From: a virus
Lineage: Duplodnaviria; Heunggongvirae; Uroviricota; Caudoviricetes
Virus record (IMG/VR): IMGVR_UViG_3300006226_001702
Coordinates: 75,064 to 139,063 of that record
Direction: 5' to 3' (one strand)
DNA length: 64,000 nt
Each line of letters starts with the position of its first letter. Position 1 is the first letter of the stretch. A program made the position numbers and the translations under genes. Shown piece by piece: positions 21,620 to 30,046 of this stretch. The notes beneath the pieces were generated by a model. That model worked only from the letters and a program-made list of their open reading frames with translations, was not told the DNA's origin and searched no databases.

Positions 21620-21620
21620 A

Positions 21621-24600
21621 CTACTCATAATCGTCAATTCCAACCATAAACTGCTGCCAAATTTCTGGCACTTCACCATCAACACCTGGAACAGCTCTAT
21701 CTTGCTTTCCAGTTATTGGGTACACTGAATAAGCCATTGGGCCCAATAGTGTAACGTATGCATCCTTTCTAATTGAAGGTTTAATGTTTGGTGCTTCATA
21801 TAAGCGCAATTTCAAGTCCGTCTTGTAACCAGTGTTTCGTGGCCATTGATTTTCTGGTACTCTAATTGTCCAGAAGTCTGCTCCCTCTTCAATGAGACAG
21901 AGAAGTTCCTCAGGTGAAATTGACTCTTTACTGTACTCAATTAAGTTGTCAACATTTATTGTCCCAAAAACATTCCATCTAATTGGAGTTAAAGTATCTT
22001 GATTGCCCCAGAAAATCTGCCAAATTGCTGTATCATAATCTTCAACTGGTCGTTGTGGATCATTTGGATGTAACTCATTCCACTTCATGTCTCTGTCGTT
22101 GTTGAGCCATTCTTTACTAAATAGTTGATACATTCCATCCCGTGGTTTTTCGGCATACTTAATTTCGCCGTCATGTTCGATAATAACTACTTCTTCAACT
22201 TCAACATATTGGTTTGGATTATCTCGATATTTAATCCACTTATCATAAGCCTTTTCATCAACCCATTTAACTCTAACATACACAACGTTAACTCTGTCAT
22301 CATCTAATTCATATTCATTCATTAGAGCTTCATGCTTTATAGTTGTGTTATTCTGTAACTCATAGAATGCAACCTTATATGAAATGAGCTTAGTTTGTAG
22401 TCTAGTTGGTGATGGCGGAGGATTATGTTTGTCAGTGAATGGCACCATAAACTCGAGAATTGATTCAAGTTGTCTCATTATCCACATTGTGCCATCTTCT
22501 TTATTAAAGCGCTTACATATGAAGTAAAGTCTATAATTGTAGAGAATATTCAAATAAGCAAACATAAAGTTGTCAATTAAGTCGCGAGGTTCAACCGCCT
22601 TAAACTCAGCTAACAAGTCAAAGGCTGAACATATTTCGTTAAATGTCCATTCCCATGGGTCTCTTAATACGAGTGATGTAAAGTGTTGAATTGCTACCTT
22701 AAACATACGGATTCTATTGTTGACTAACGTTTTTAGCTCATCTTTAGTTTTCTCATGTGTTGCTTTATCACCAAAAAGTTGTACCGCCATATCAGTCCAG
22801 TAAGCATATAATGGGTGATCTTTGTCAGCACCAATCATTTCGCCATCTGGAGTTAAACCATTTGCTTTAATCACACACTTATCAACACATTCAAATAATG
22901 CATTATGCATAACTTCAAAGTCAACTGTTTCAACAATGCTTTCTTTCATTATCTCATAATAAGGAAGTTGAGTCTGTAATATTGATAAGAAGTTTCTAAA
23001 TGGCACATCAATGCTAATGAATGAGTAGGGCTGTTCTTCTACAAATTCAGGCTTAAACAATGCTCTAGTGTACATCTTAATGAAAGTCATTTTGAGTGCA
23101 TCATCCATATCAGTTGTTGTGTATGTCGTTTCATTAGTTGTCCAATGATGATAGCCATACTGATTGTGATAACGATAATATCCATTATGCCAACCATATC
23201 CCCAACTGTTGTAACCGTAGCCATAACCTACATTGTGGCCATAACCGGGCCAGCCCCAATACCCGTGCCCATAGTATGAATACCAAGAGTTTCCCCAACC
23301 CCAACCGTAGCTCCAGTTCCATCCCCAGCCTCGATTGTAGTAGTGGTTATAACCGTAACCCCAACCAAAGTGGCGATAGTTCCAATTCCAACCACCATAC
23401 CAACCCCAGTTCCATCCATAATTGTAGCCCCAGTTGTTGTAGTAGTTGCCATAGTTGTAATAGTCATTGTGGTAATAATCTTGGTCAGCTGTATGAAACT
23501 TGAACTCGAGATCTTTTAATGGGACATCTTTACTGTAGTCTGGAAGTGCTCCATGTTTTCTGAAATAGATTGCTACATTTGGCTCGACACTATCTTCAAT
23601 GTCTGGGTCTAATCCCATCATATCAGAGAGAATGCCAATGCCTGATATTCCCTGTGTTGCTGTTGATGTCCACCATATTGGATTGAACCAAAAGCCCCAG
23701 CCCCAACCTCTATAGCGCCAAGAGCTTCCCCAGCCACCTCGCCAGTTGTAATACCAGTTGTTCCAGCCAGACCCTCTCCAGCCCCAGTTCCATCCCCATC
23801 TCCAACGACTCCAATACCAAATGTGAGCTGTTACAACATCATAATGATTGTTCGTAAACTTGTTCATTATGTTGTCAAAATAAGGAGCTGATTCATATCT
23901 ATTCTTAATGAGCTTAATGTGTAATGGTACATCATGCCCGCTTTCATATTTGTTTGTAAACAATGGTGCTTGTAAGTTATCTTCAAAGAAGTCTATTGAA
24001 GTTAAATCAACTGAGATATAATAGACTTTCTTGAAACGAGGCCACCACCAACCCCATCCCCATCCACGCCAGCCCCAGCCACCGCGGTTCCATCCCCACC
24101 AGGAATGATTATTACCTCCCCAACCTCTTCGGCCCCATGAGCCAAACCAGTTACCAAGACGATGACCCCAATAACCACCGCCTCTCCAACCCCAGCGGCC
24201 CCAACCGCCCCAGGATCGGCAAGCATCCCAATAGTAACTAACGGAACACTTTGCTCTAAAGATTGCATCAGGTCCTTGTGTGTATCTATTATCTTCATTT
24301 CCTAACAAGAACAATAGTGAAACTTCGTTCTTGCCATGATAATCGTTATTCAACATTCTTCTAATGAAGCGGTTTTCTAAATCACTGTCTCCATAGAACT
24401 TTAACACATAGGCATTCTTTTTCTGAACTTCACGAGGTTGATACCAATGTCCTCCCCAACCCCAATAGCTGCTATGTCTCCAAGTTCGATAGTTGTAACG
24501 ATGATATCTATTCCATCCCCAATAGCCAGAAGTGTAATAAGCACCCCAGCCTCCCCAAGGATTGGCCCAAGAATATCTCCATCCCCAGCCCCAACCCCAG

Positions 24601-27188
24601 CCAAATGATGGTGGCTGAGTATCACCAAACTCATGGTGGATAATGTTCCACTTAACATCTGGCATATCTTCAAAGACGTACTTTTTATATGGGACTAAAC
24701 CAACTTCATAGTAGGTTCCCATTCTGAAAACGTCATAAGTGATTAAGTTGTAGCGCCAGCCACCACCCCAATATCCATAGTAGTATGAGTTGTAATAGTT
24801 ATGATAACTGTAGTAATTGTAGTACCAATTGCGATAAGTCCAAGGATGCCATGCCCAAGTGATTCGTCTCTGTCTGTACTCTATCTCTCCAGTGTAAGTG
24901 ATTGGGTAACCCTGTGATGTGTGGTTTGGGAAAGTGAAGTTACTGAAGTTGTACCACCAGTAGTGCCAACTAACATTGCCCTGCACCCAATCAGTCTTAT
25001 ATTGACCGCCCATTTTGTAGTCAATAACGTATGTGTTTAGTCCTTGAACTAACTTCTTTAATCCAGAATGGAAAGTTTGTGATTTCTTCTCTTCATCATC
25101 TCTGTGGTAAAAGTCATTCAAGTCTTCTATTGTGTCTTCATATCCCTTAGTTGTAAAGTACTCATTGTTGAGATGTGATATGCGCGGGATATTGCGAAGA
25201 TATTTGCTATCTTGTTGGAACCAAGCTCTGTATGTAATCGGTGAGAAGTCAGATGAATGAGGACCGCCCCAAATTGGTGGACTGTATCTGTTTATACCAG
25301 TCATCTTACCCATTTGAGATGCATCAGGTTTCATGTTCAAGCCAGCATCTAAGAATGCTTTAGCTTGATCGTTGTTCATTGGGTCACCTGACATGCCTCT
25401 CAAGAAATCTTCAAATGGTGAAACGTCTTGCCCATCACCAGCTCCGATTAGTCTGTTTGCTGCATCTAAACCAGCCTGATGTGATGATTTCTTCTGTCGC
25501 TTATCAGTTGAACGACCTCGGCGTATCTTTTGGTCTCCATCTTTAACGATAGACATACCAGCATGAACACCTAAACCAGAGTGAACACTCCAATGAGGGG
25601 CAATGTGAGCTAAAACTCCAGTGTCAACAAACGGCTCCATCTTTTGCATAATATGTTGCCATTCACCTGGGTCATCATATTTCATTCCTAAAGCTGACTT
25701 AACTTCTTCTCTACCTTGGTAACCTGTGCCTAAACCCGCTGGGTCTGGTTTACCATTTAGCCCACCATTACAAAGCATTTCAACCTTAGCTAAAAAGGCA
25801 AGTTCACCTGCATCAATGCCAACTTCTTTTGGCATTCCAGGAGGTGCTCCTTTGATTAGCGACATCATGTACTCAAGTTCAACTTCAAAGTTAGTGAGTG
25901 CTTCATGATCAGATGAATAGAACACTTCATAATACTTGCTATTGAAGTTTGCATGAGCACCCATTATCATACCTTGATAATCTTGATGTCTAAATATGTC
26001 TCTTAAACTCCATTTATCTTCATATGTAAAGTCTGGGTCCCATCGATCATAAATGTCAATGTATGGCATTTTGATATCCATTGCAAGTTGCCCATTATAG
26101 TACTCAAAAAATGCGATGTCATAATCTCTACCGGCAACGTATGGAAGATGCCATTGTGCTAGCGGGAAGTCTGAAGGGCGCCAATGTGCTTGACAGTCAA
26201 ACCTAACTTTTGAAACAGCACTACCTGCAACATTAAAACATAGAGCCTTTTCAGTTGTGCTGTAATCACTATCAACTGCTGCCATTGGGTTATCTTGATA
26301 GATTCTGTAATTCAAGAAAAGATGAATTGGTCCGCCATTTGCCATTGGAGTCATCATTCTTTCTTGCATGTAAATTGATAAGTCCCATTCAGTTAAGAAT
26401 GTTGAAGTTACCCCAGTGATGCCTTCAGCTAACCATTGAAGATAAATGATGTTGTCATTTATTGCCTTAAATCCTGGGTCTCTATAAGTAAATCCATTTT
26501 TTCGGATTCTGAAATTATCTTGGTCAAATGCTATATTTGGTTGGTCCTCTTTAATCCTGTGCATGAACAATGTGTTTTGATCAAGCTCTGGGAATAAACC
26601 AACTTTGAATGGCGGAAAGAATAATGTTGTGTAAAACTCACGCCTAGATGATATGCTATTATTGTCAATGAACTCACGAGTATATGGAATAGCAAAATTT
26701 GAGCGAGTGTACATTTCACCATTTACTATCGTTCCTAACTCATCTGTTTTTGCTGTATCTAAAACAGTACCAGTAACTGGGCCCAATCTCCAAAGTGAGT
26801 CTGACAATTTTGGTGACATATAACAGTCGAAATAAAGTTGAAGAAACTTAAGCTTCATTTCTTCTTGAAGCTGTTTGTAAATAACATCAGCCTCTTCTGA
26901 CATATCTTCTGGTGCATCAGTACCATCAACTAATTTCTGTAAGTCTTCTTCAAACTTCTGTTTTTTAGTGATTGTTCTGTCTTGGCTGTCTATCTTTTTG
27001 CTAATGAGAATATTGAACCAAGATAAGTCAGTATCTTTTGCGTCTCTAATAGTTGGATTAGCCAACCAATAGTTTACATCAGCCCACTTCTTGTACTCTT
27101 CGATTCTTTCCCATAGATTAGCAAAGTCGTTAACACCAGTGAAATGATCATTTCGTATAAAATCTTCTCTGTTATATGGAGTAAACAT
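21621..27188 (-). CDS. 1855-aa probable virion protein with W/G/Y/N-rich low-complexity islands
   Basis: Long ORF; SD AGGAG; located in the structural module. Confidence 0.85.
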   Translation of the reverse strand: MFTPYNREDFIRNDHFTGVNDFANLWERIEEYKKWADVNYWLANPTIRDAKDTDLSWFNILISKKIDSQDRTITKKQKFEEDLQKLVDGTDAPEDMSEEADVIYKQLQEEMKLKFLQLYFDCYMSPKLSDSLWRLGPVTGTVLDTAKTDELGTIVNGEMYTRSNFAIPYTREFIDNNSISSRREFYTTLFFPPFKVGLFPELDQNTLFMHRIKEDQPNIAFDQDNFRIRKNGFTYRDPGFKAINDNIIYLQWLAEGITGVTSTFLTEWDLSIYMQERMMTPMANGGPIHLFLNYRIYQDNPMAAVDSDYSTTEKALCFNVAGSAVSKVRFDCQAHWRPSDFPLAQWHLPYVAGRDYDIAFFEYYNGQLAMDIKMPYIDIYDRWDPDFTYEDKWSLRDIFRHQDYQGMIMGAHANFNSKYYEVFYSSDHEALTNFEVELEYMMSLIKGAPPGMPKEVGIDAGELAFLAKVEMLCNGGLNGKPDPAGLGTGYQGREEVKSALGMKYDDPGEWQHIMQKMEPFVDTGVLAHIAPHWSVHSGLGVHAGMSIVKDGDQKIRRGRSTDKRQKKSSHQAGLDAANRLIGAGDGQDVSPFEDFLRGMSGDPMNNDQAKAFLDAGLNMKPDASQMGKMTGINRYSPPIWGGPHSSDFSPITYRAWFQQDSKYLRNIPRISHLNNEYFTTKGYEDTIEDLNDFYHRDDEEKKSQTFHSGLKKLVQGLNTYVIDYKMGGQYKTDWVQGNVSWHYWWYNFSNFTFPNHTSQGYPITYTGEIEYRQRRITWAWHPWTYRNWYYNYYSYHNYYNSYYYGYWGGGWRYNLITYDVFRMGTYYEVGLVPYKKYVFEDMPDVKWNIIHHEFGDTQPPSFGWGWGWGWRYSWANPWGGWGAYYTSGYWGWNRYHRYNYRTWRHSSYWGWGGHWYQPREVQKKNAYVLKFYGDSDLENRFIRRMLNNDYHGKNEVSLLFLLGNEDNRYTQGPDAIFRAKCSVSYYWDACRSWGGWGRWGWRGGGYWGHRLGNWFGSWGRRGWGGNNHSWWGWNRGGWGWRGWGWGWWWPRFKKVYYISVDLTSIDFFEDNLQAPLFTNKYESGHDVPLHIKLIKNRYESAPYFDNIMNKFTNNHYDVVTAHIWYWSRWRWGWNWGWRGSGWNNWYYNWRGGWGSSWRYRGWGWGFWFNPIWWTSTATQGISGIGILSDMMGLDPDIEDSVEPNVAIYFRKHGALPDYSKDVPLKDLEFKFHTADQDYYHNDYYNYGNYYNNWGYNYGWNWGWYGGWNWNYRHFGWGYGYNHYYNRGWGWNWSYGWGWGNSWYSYYGHGYWGWPGYGHNVGYGYGYNSWGYGWHNGYYRYHNQYGYHHWTTNETTYTTTDMDDALKMTFIKMYTRALFKPEFVEEQPYSFISIDVPFRNFLSILQTQLPYYEIMKESIVETVDFEVMHNALFECVDKCVIKANGLTPDGEMIGADKDHPLYAYWTDMAVQLFGDKATHEKTKDELKTLVNNRIRMFKVAIQHFTSLVLRDPWEWTFNEICSAFDLLAEFKAVEPRDLIDNFMFAYLNILYNYRLYFICKRFNKEDGTMWIMRQLESILEFMVPFTDKHNPPPSPTRLQTKLISYKVAFYELQNNTTIKHEALMNEYELDDDRVNVVYVRVKWVDEKAYDKWIKYRDNPNQYVEVEEVVIIEHDGEIKYAEKPRDGMYQLFSKEWLNNDRDMKWNELHPNDPQRPVEDYDTAIWQIFWGNQDTLTPIRWNVFGTINVDNLIEYSKESISPEELLCLIEEGADFWTIRVPENQWPRNTGYKTDLKLRLYEAPNIKPSIRKDAYVTLLGPMAYSVYPITGKQDRAVPGVDGEVPEIWQQFMVGIDDYE
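23143..24990 (-). repeat. Five imperfect Trp/Gly/Tyr/Asn/Arg-rich peptide repeat islands
   Basis: e.g. GWGWGWGWRY, WGGWGRWGWRGGGYWG, WRWGWNWGWRG, YGWNWGWYGGWNWNY; islands at ~24740-24990, 24437-24610, 24038-24240, 23670-23826, 23143-23481. Confidence 0.9.
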
Positions 27189-27196
27189 CCAATCTC

Positions 27197-28765
27197 CTAT
27201 TCATAATCTTCTATATCAAATTGTGGGCTTTGAACTAATGATTGTTCACTTGCTCCACTACTCTTACTTACCATTGCTGTTGCAAGTTGTAATCCCGCTT
27301 TTGCATCCATCATTGCGTCAAATACACCATCAGCTTCATCTGCCAAATCACCGAGGCTACCTTTTAACCTGTCGGCTGTATCATTGAATTTGCCCATACT
27401 ATTTGCTAAACCAGTTTTAACACCAGTCATAACAGCATTTTGCATATCTTGTCCGGCCTTTTTGATGTCAATGCCATTTTGGAATTTCTCTTTCATCTCT
27501 GCACCAAATGCAGCCCAAGCTTCTTTCTTGCCTTTTGCATCAGCCATGATTTCTTCGAGAGGATCCATTATATCACTCTTAAGTTTACCTGCTAACATAT
27601 TAACTGCGGTGGGATTGAATGCATTCATTATTGATTTGAACATGGAAATTGCTCTTCTAATTTGCTCGATAATATCAGCTGTTTGATCAGCAACACAGTC
27701 TAAGTTCAACATATCCCAAATGAGCTGCGTAATCATACCAATTAGCTTAACGATTAGCGCAACAATTAGTTCAAGAACTTTTTGAGCAATCATTGGAATG
27801 TTTGGTGGGTTTATCCACGCACCTGACGCAAGGTGTAAAATGTCAATGAGTGGAAAAATGATCGCCATAATTAGCTCAATGATTATCTTGAGGATTTTGA
27901 TAAGCTTAACTAATATGAGCAACATCTTTAACCAAGTCATTTCAATTTCAGTACACTCACGCATTTCGCGTTCAGCTTTTTCCTCGGGTGATTCATCATA
28001 GATATCATCATCACCATCGTCATCATCCATTCCATCATCTAAATTGTCAGCGCCGTCTCCGCCATCACCATAACCATCATCACCATCTCCGCCATCACCT
28101 CCAGGGCCACCTGGAGAATCTGGGCCACCACCTCCGCCTGGGCTATCGTCGTCACCGCCATCTTCACCGCTTCCTCCACCAGAACTATCGCCACCTTCAC
28201 CACTGTCAGTTGGAATGTGATAACCATCTTCTAAGTCATACACCTCAGATTCAGCATCATCAAATTCAAACTTCTTCAAGATGTACTCACAATCTAAAAT
28301 GATTGGATGGTCAAGTTCCTGTAACAAATCAGGCATTGGAAATAAGCCAATAACTTCTTCAAGCAACTTTTCCATTGGTGAAGCATCATGAGATGAGCCC
28401 GGAGCTACAACACCATTTACGAGAAACTTTGAGGGTGAATTGAAATTGATAACTGGGAATAAAAGTGCGTTGCCTAAACCACCAGTTTGAGCTAATAGTC
28501 GCTGCTTCTTAATTGGAATACCTTGAGGAAAAGTTTCTCCGCCTAAAGCATGTGAATAGATCTCAACAGGTGTTGCTGCTGGTTGGATTCTTTTGAGAAC
28601 AATATTGTCAGTGACTTCTTGAAGCTTCTTAGCAATTTTGTCCAATTGGTCAAATGATATTTCACGTTTTGGATTTAAGTTTACTGAGTCTACGCTTGAA
28701 TAATCGAAGTCTTTTTGGGTATATTGGTCATATAACCGTTTAATGGTGAGATTGTTCTCATTCAT
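27197..28765 (-). CDS. Probable virion protein with Gly/Asp-rich linker and long hydrophobic helices
   Basis: GGDSSGGGSGEDGGDDDSPGGGGG linker followed by WLKMLLILVKLIKILKIIIELIMAII; ACTAATTA-CT-ATG start. Confidence 0.75.
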   Translation of the reverse strand: MNENNLTIKRLYDQYTQKDFDYSSVDSVNLNPKREISFDQLDKIAKKLQEVTDNIVLKRIQPAATPVEIYSHALGGETFPQGIPIKKQRLLAQTGGLGNALLFPVINFNSPSKFLVNGVVAPGSSHDASPMEKLLEEVIGLFPMPDLLQELDHPIILDCEYILKKFEFDDAESEVYDLEDGYHIPTDSGEGGDSSGGGSGEDGGDDDSPGGGGGPDSPGGPGGDGGDGDDGYGDGGDGADNLDDGMDDDDGDDDIYDESPEEKAEREMRECTEIEMTWLKMLLILVKLIKILKIIIELIMAIIFPLIDILHLASGAWINPPNIPMIAQKVLELIVALIVKLIGMITQLIWDMLNLDCVADQTADIIEQIRRAISMFKSIMNAFNPTAVNMLAGKLKSDIMDPLEEIMADAKGKKEAWAAFGAEMKEKFQNGIDIKKAGQDMQNAVMTGVKTGLANSMGKFNDTADRLKGSLGDLADEADGVFDAMMDAKAGLQLATAMVSKSSGASEQSLVQSPQFDIEDYE

Positions 28766-28785
28766 AGTAATTAGTAGAAAAAGGA

Positions 28786-28944
28786 TTACTTATGAACTTT
28801 AATCTTTAAATTGTTCTTAATTGCATTACGAAATTCAGCTAATAATGCTCGCAACATTTTGACTTTGTTGTAATCATTTTTGCTTTTATCGTTAGTAACA
28901 TCTTCTAGAAATTTAATGAATTCGATAATCTCTTCATGGTTCAT
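28786..28944 (-). CDS. 52-aa hypothetical protein (not in track)
   Basis: MNHEEIIEFIKFLEDV...VHK*; ATGA overlap with the upstream stop. Confidence 0.55.
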   Translation of the reverse strand: MNHEEIIEFIKFLEDVTNDKSKNDYNKVKMLRALLAEFRNAIKNNLKIKVHK

Positions 28945-29132
28945 TGAGTTATTGAATACTCCACTCTTTGTGTAAATTCGGCTTGCTTGCCATCATTAAA
29001 GTTTGTAACCGGTCTATAATATCCGCTTACGCGAGTATAGCATTCTGCTGTGCCTTCACAAAGTTTTGGGTCATTTAATTTTGATTGTATCTGTTGAATT
29101 TGTTCGTCAATTCTTTCAATTTGTTTATTCAT
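28941..29132 (-). CDS. nrdD: Stand-alone glycyl-radical domain of anaerobic ribonucleotide reductase (NrdD C-terminal fragment)
   Basis: YTRVSGYYRPVTNFNDGKQAEF is the NrdD glycyl-radical loop; N-terminal coiled coil; SD AGGAG. Confidence 0.85.
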   Translation of the reverse strand: MNKQIERIDEQIQQIQSKLNDPKLCEGTAECYTRVSGYYRPVTNFNDGKQAEFTQRVEYSITQ

Positions 29133-29565
29133 TATGCTCTCCTATTTGTTTTCTGCTCACTAAATCATCTATAGCTTTCATCCAAAAATCACTTCGTCTG
29201 GCTTTCCACTTAACTTGAAATGAAACTGGCAAAGGACTTCCTTTGAATTGGCTTATTGATTCCTGAATATATCTCACTTGTGGATTACCAGTTGCGTTAG
29301 CACATTTACCTTCTATTTTATCAATAAAAGATCTACTATCACTGTACATTATGTAATTGTCCACTTTATTACTGATAACATCTTTGATAACTTGAAACAT
29401 AGCTTCACTTTCGGCTGTTTCAACATCCGCTGTACCGGCAGCACTTTTGACTCCATTCTTTTTAGAGATGACTTTATTATCTTGAACGACAATATAGCCC
29501 CAAGTTATTAAGTTTAAGTCTTTATAGTAACCACCATCTGTATAGCATTCTATATAGCTTTTCAT
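29125..29565 (-). CDS. rnhA: Ribonuclease HI-like protein
   Basis: YTDGG, AESEAM, YSDSR and a C-terminal IDDL helix match the RNase H acidic tetrad. Confidence 0.75.
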   Translation of the reverse strand: MKSYIECYTDGGYYKDLNLITWGYIVVQDNKVISKKNGVKSAAGTADVETAESEAMFQVIKDVISNKVDNYIMYSDSRSFIDKIEGKCANATGNPQVRYIQESISQFKGSPLPVSFQVKWKARRSDFWMKAIDDLVSRKQIGEHNE

Positions 29566-29574
29566 TAAATTAGA

Positions 29575-29814
29575 TTAACTTACTTCGTATATGTGTTTTG
29601 ATTCTTTTACTGCGAGTTGACCGAAATCTTTGATATTTCTATTACATCTAAAACATATTAGATTCACACTATTTCGTAATCTTTGAATTGTTTCTCTACC
29701 ACAAACATCACAATCAAATCTTATTCTAATTTGTCTAGCTCTATAAAATGTTATTTCTGGGTCATTTTTTAATGCATTAAAATCGTCTATGTTATCTATG
29801 TCTCTAATATCCAT
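29575..29814 (-). CDS. Small putative Zn-ribbon protein
   Basis: CDVC...CFRC; ACTAACTA-TTT-ATG start. Confidence 0.6.
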   Translation of the reverse strand: MDIRDIDNIDDFNALKNDPEITFYRARQIRIRFDCDVCGRETIQRLRNSVNLICFRCNRNIKDFGQLAVKESKHIYEVS

Positions 29815-29830
29815 AAATAGTTAGTAGAGT

Positions 29831-30046
29831 TTAATCCGCTAACTCAAAATTTACAGAATTGAAACGTCCCTTAATTCCTTCTAAAGTTATTTTAGTGTGC
29901 CATGAATGAACATCTACACTCTCTAAGATATAAGTTTTTCCAATTTCGACCAGATTATTTGGGTCATCATTACTTCCCCATCTAATCTGGTCTTTGTCCT
30001 GCTTTTCTACAAGTTTGACTCTATCGCCTGGTCTCCATGTTGGCAT
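29831..30046 (-). CDS. Small hypothetical protein (SH3/KOW-like beta fold possible)
   Basis: WRPGDRVKLVE start; SD AGGAG. Confidence 0.6.
   Translation of the reverse strand: MPTWRPGDRVKLVEKQDKDQIRWGSNDDPNNLVEIGKTYILESVDVHSWHTKITLEGIKGRFNSVNFELAD

Noticed and set aside
23143-24610. GW/WG Argonaute-hook function
   Set aside because: The resemblance to eukaryotic GW motifs is compositional only; no Argonaute context in the window
23138-24673. Alternative-frame and antisense ORFs over the W-rich region (23138-23503+, 23228-23467-, 24002-24298-, 24401-24673-)
   Set aside because: Shadows of low-complexity coding sequence that lack stops by composition; no SD or promoter motif
23143-24990. Diversity-generating retroelement target
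   Set aside because: No near-identical TR/VR pair and no reverse transcriptase in the window; abundant TGG codons cannot come from adenine mutagenesis of AAY codons
27988-28302. His-rich ORF on the plus strand
   Set aside because: Antisense shadow of the Gly/Asp (GAT/GGT) linker of the 522-aa gene
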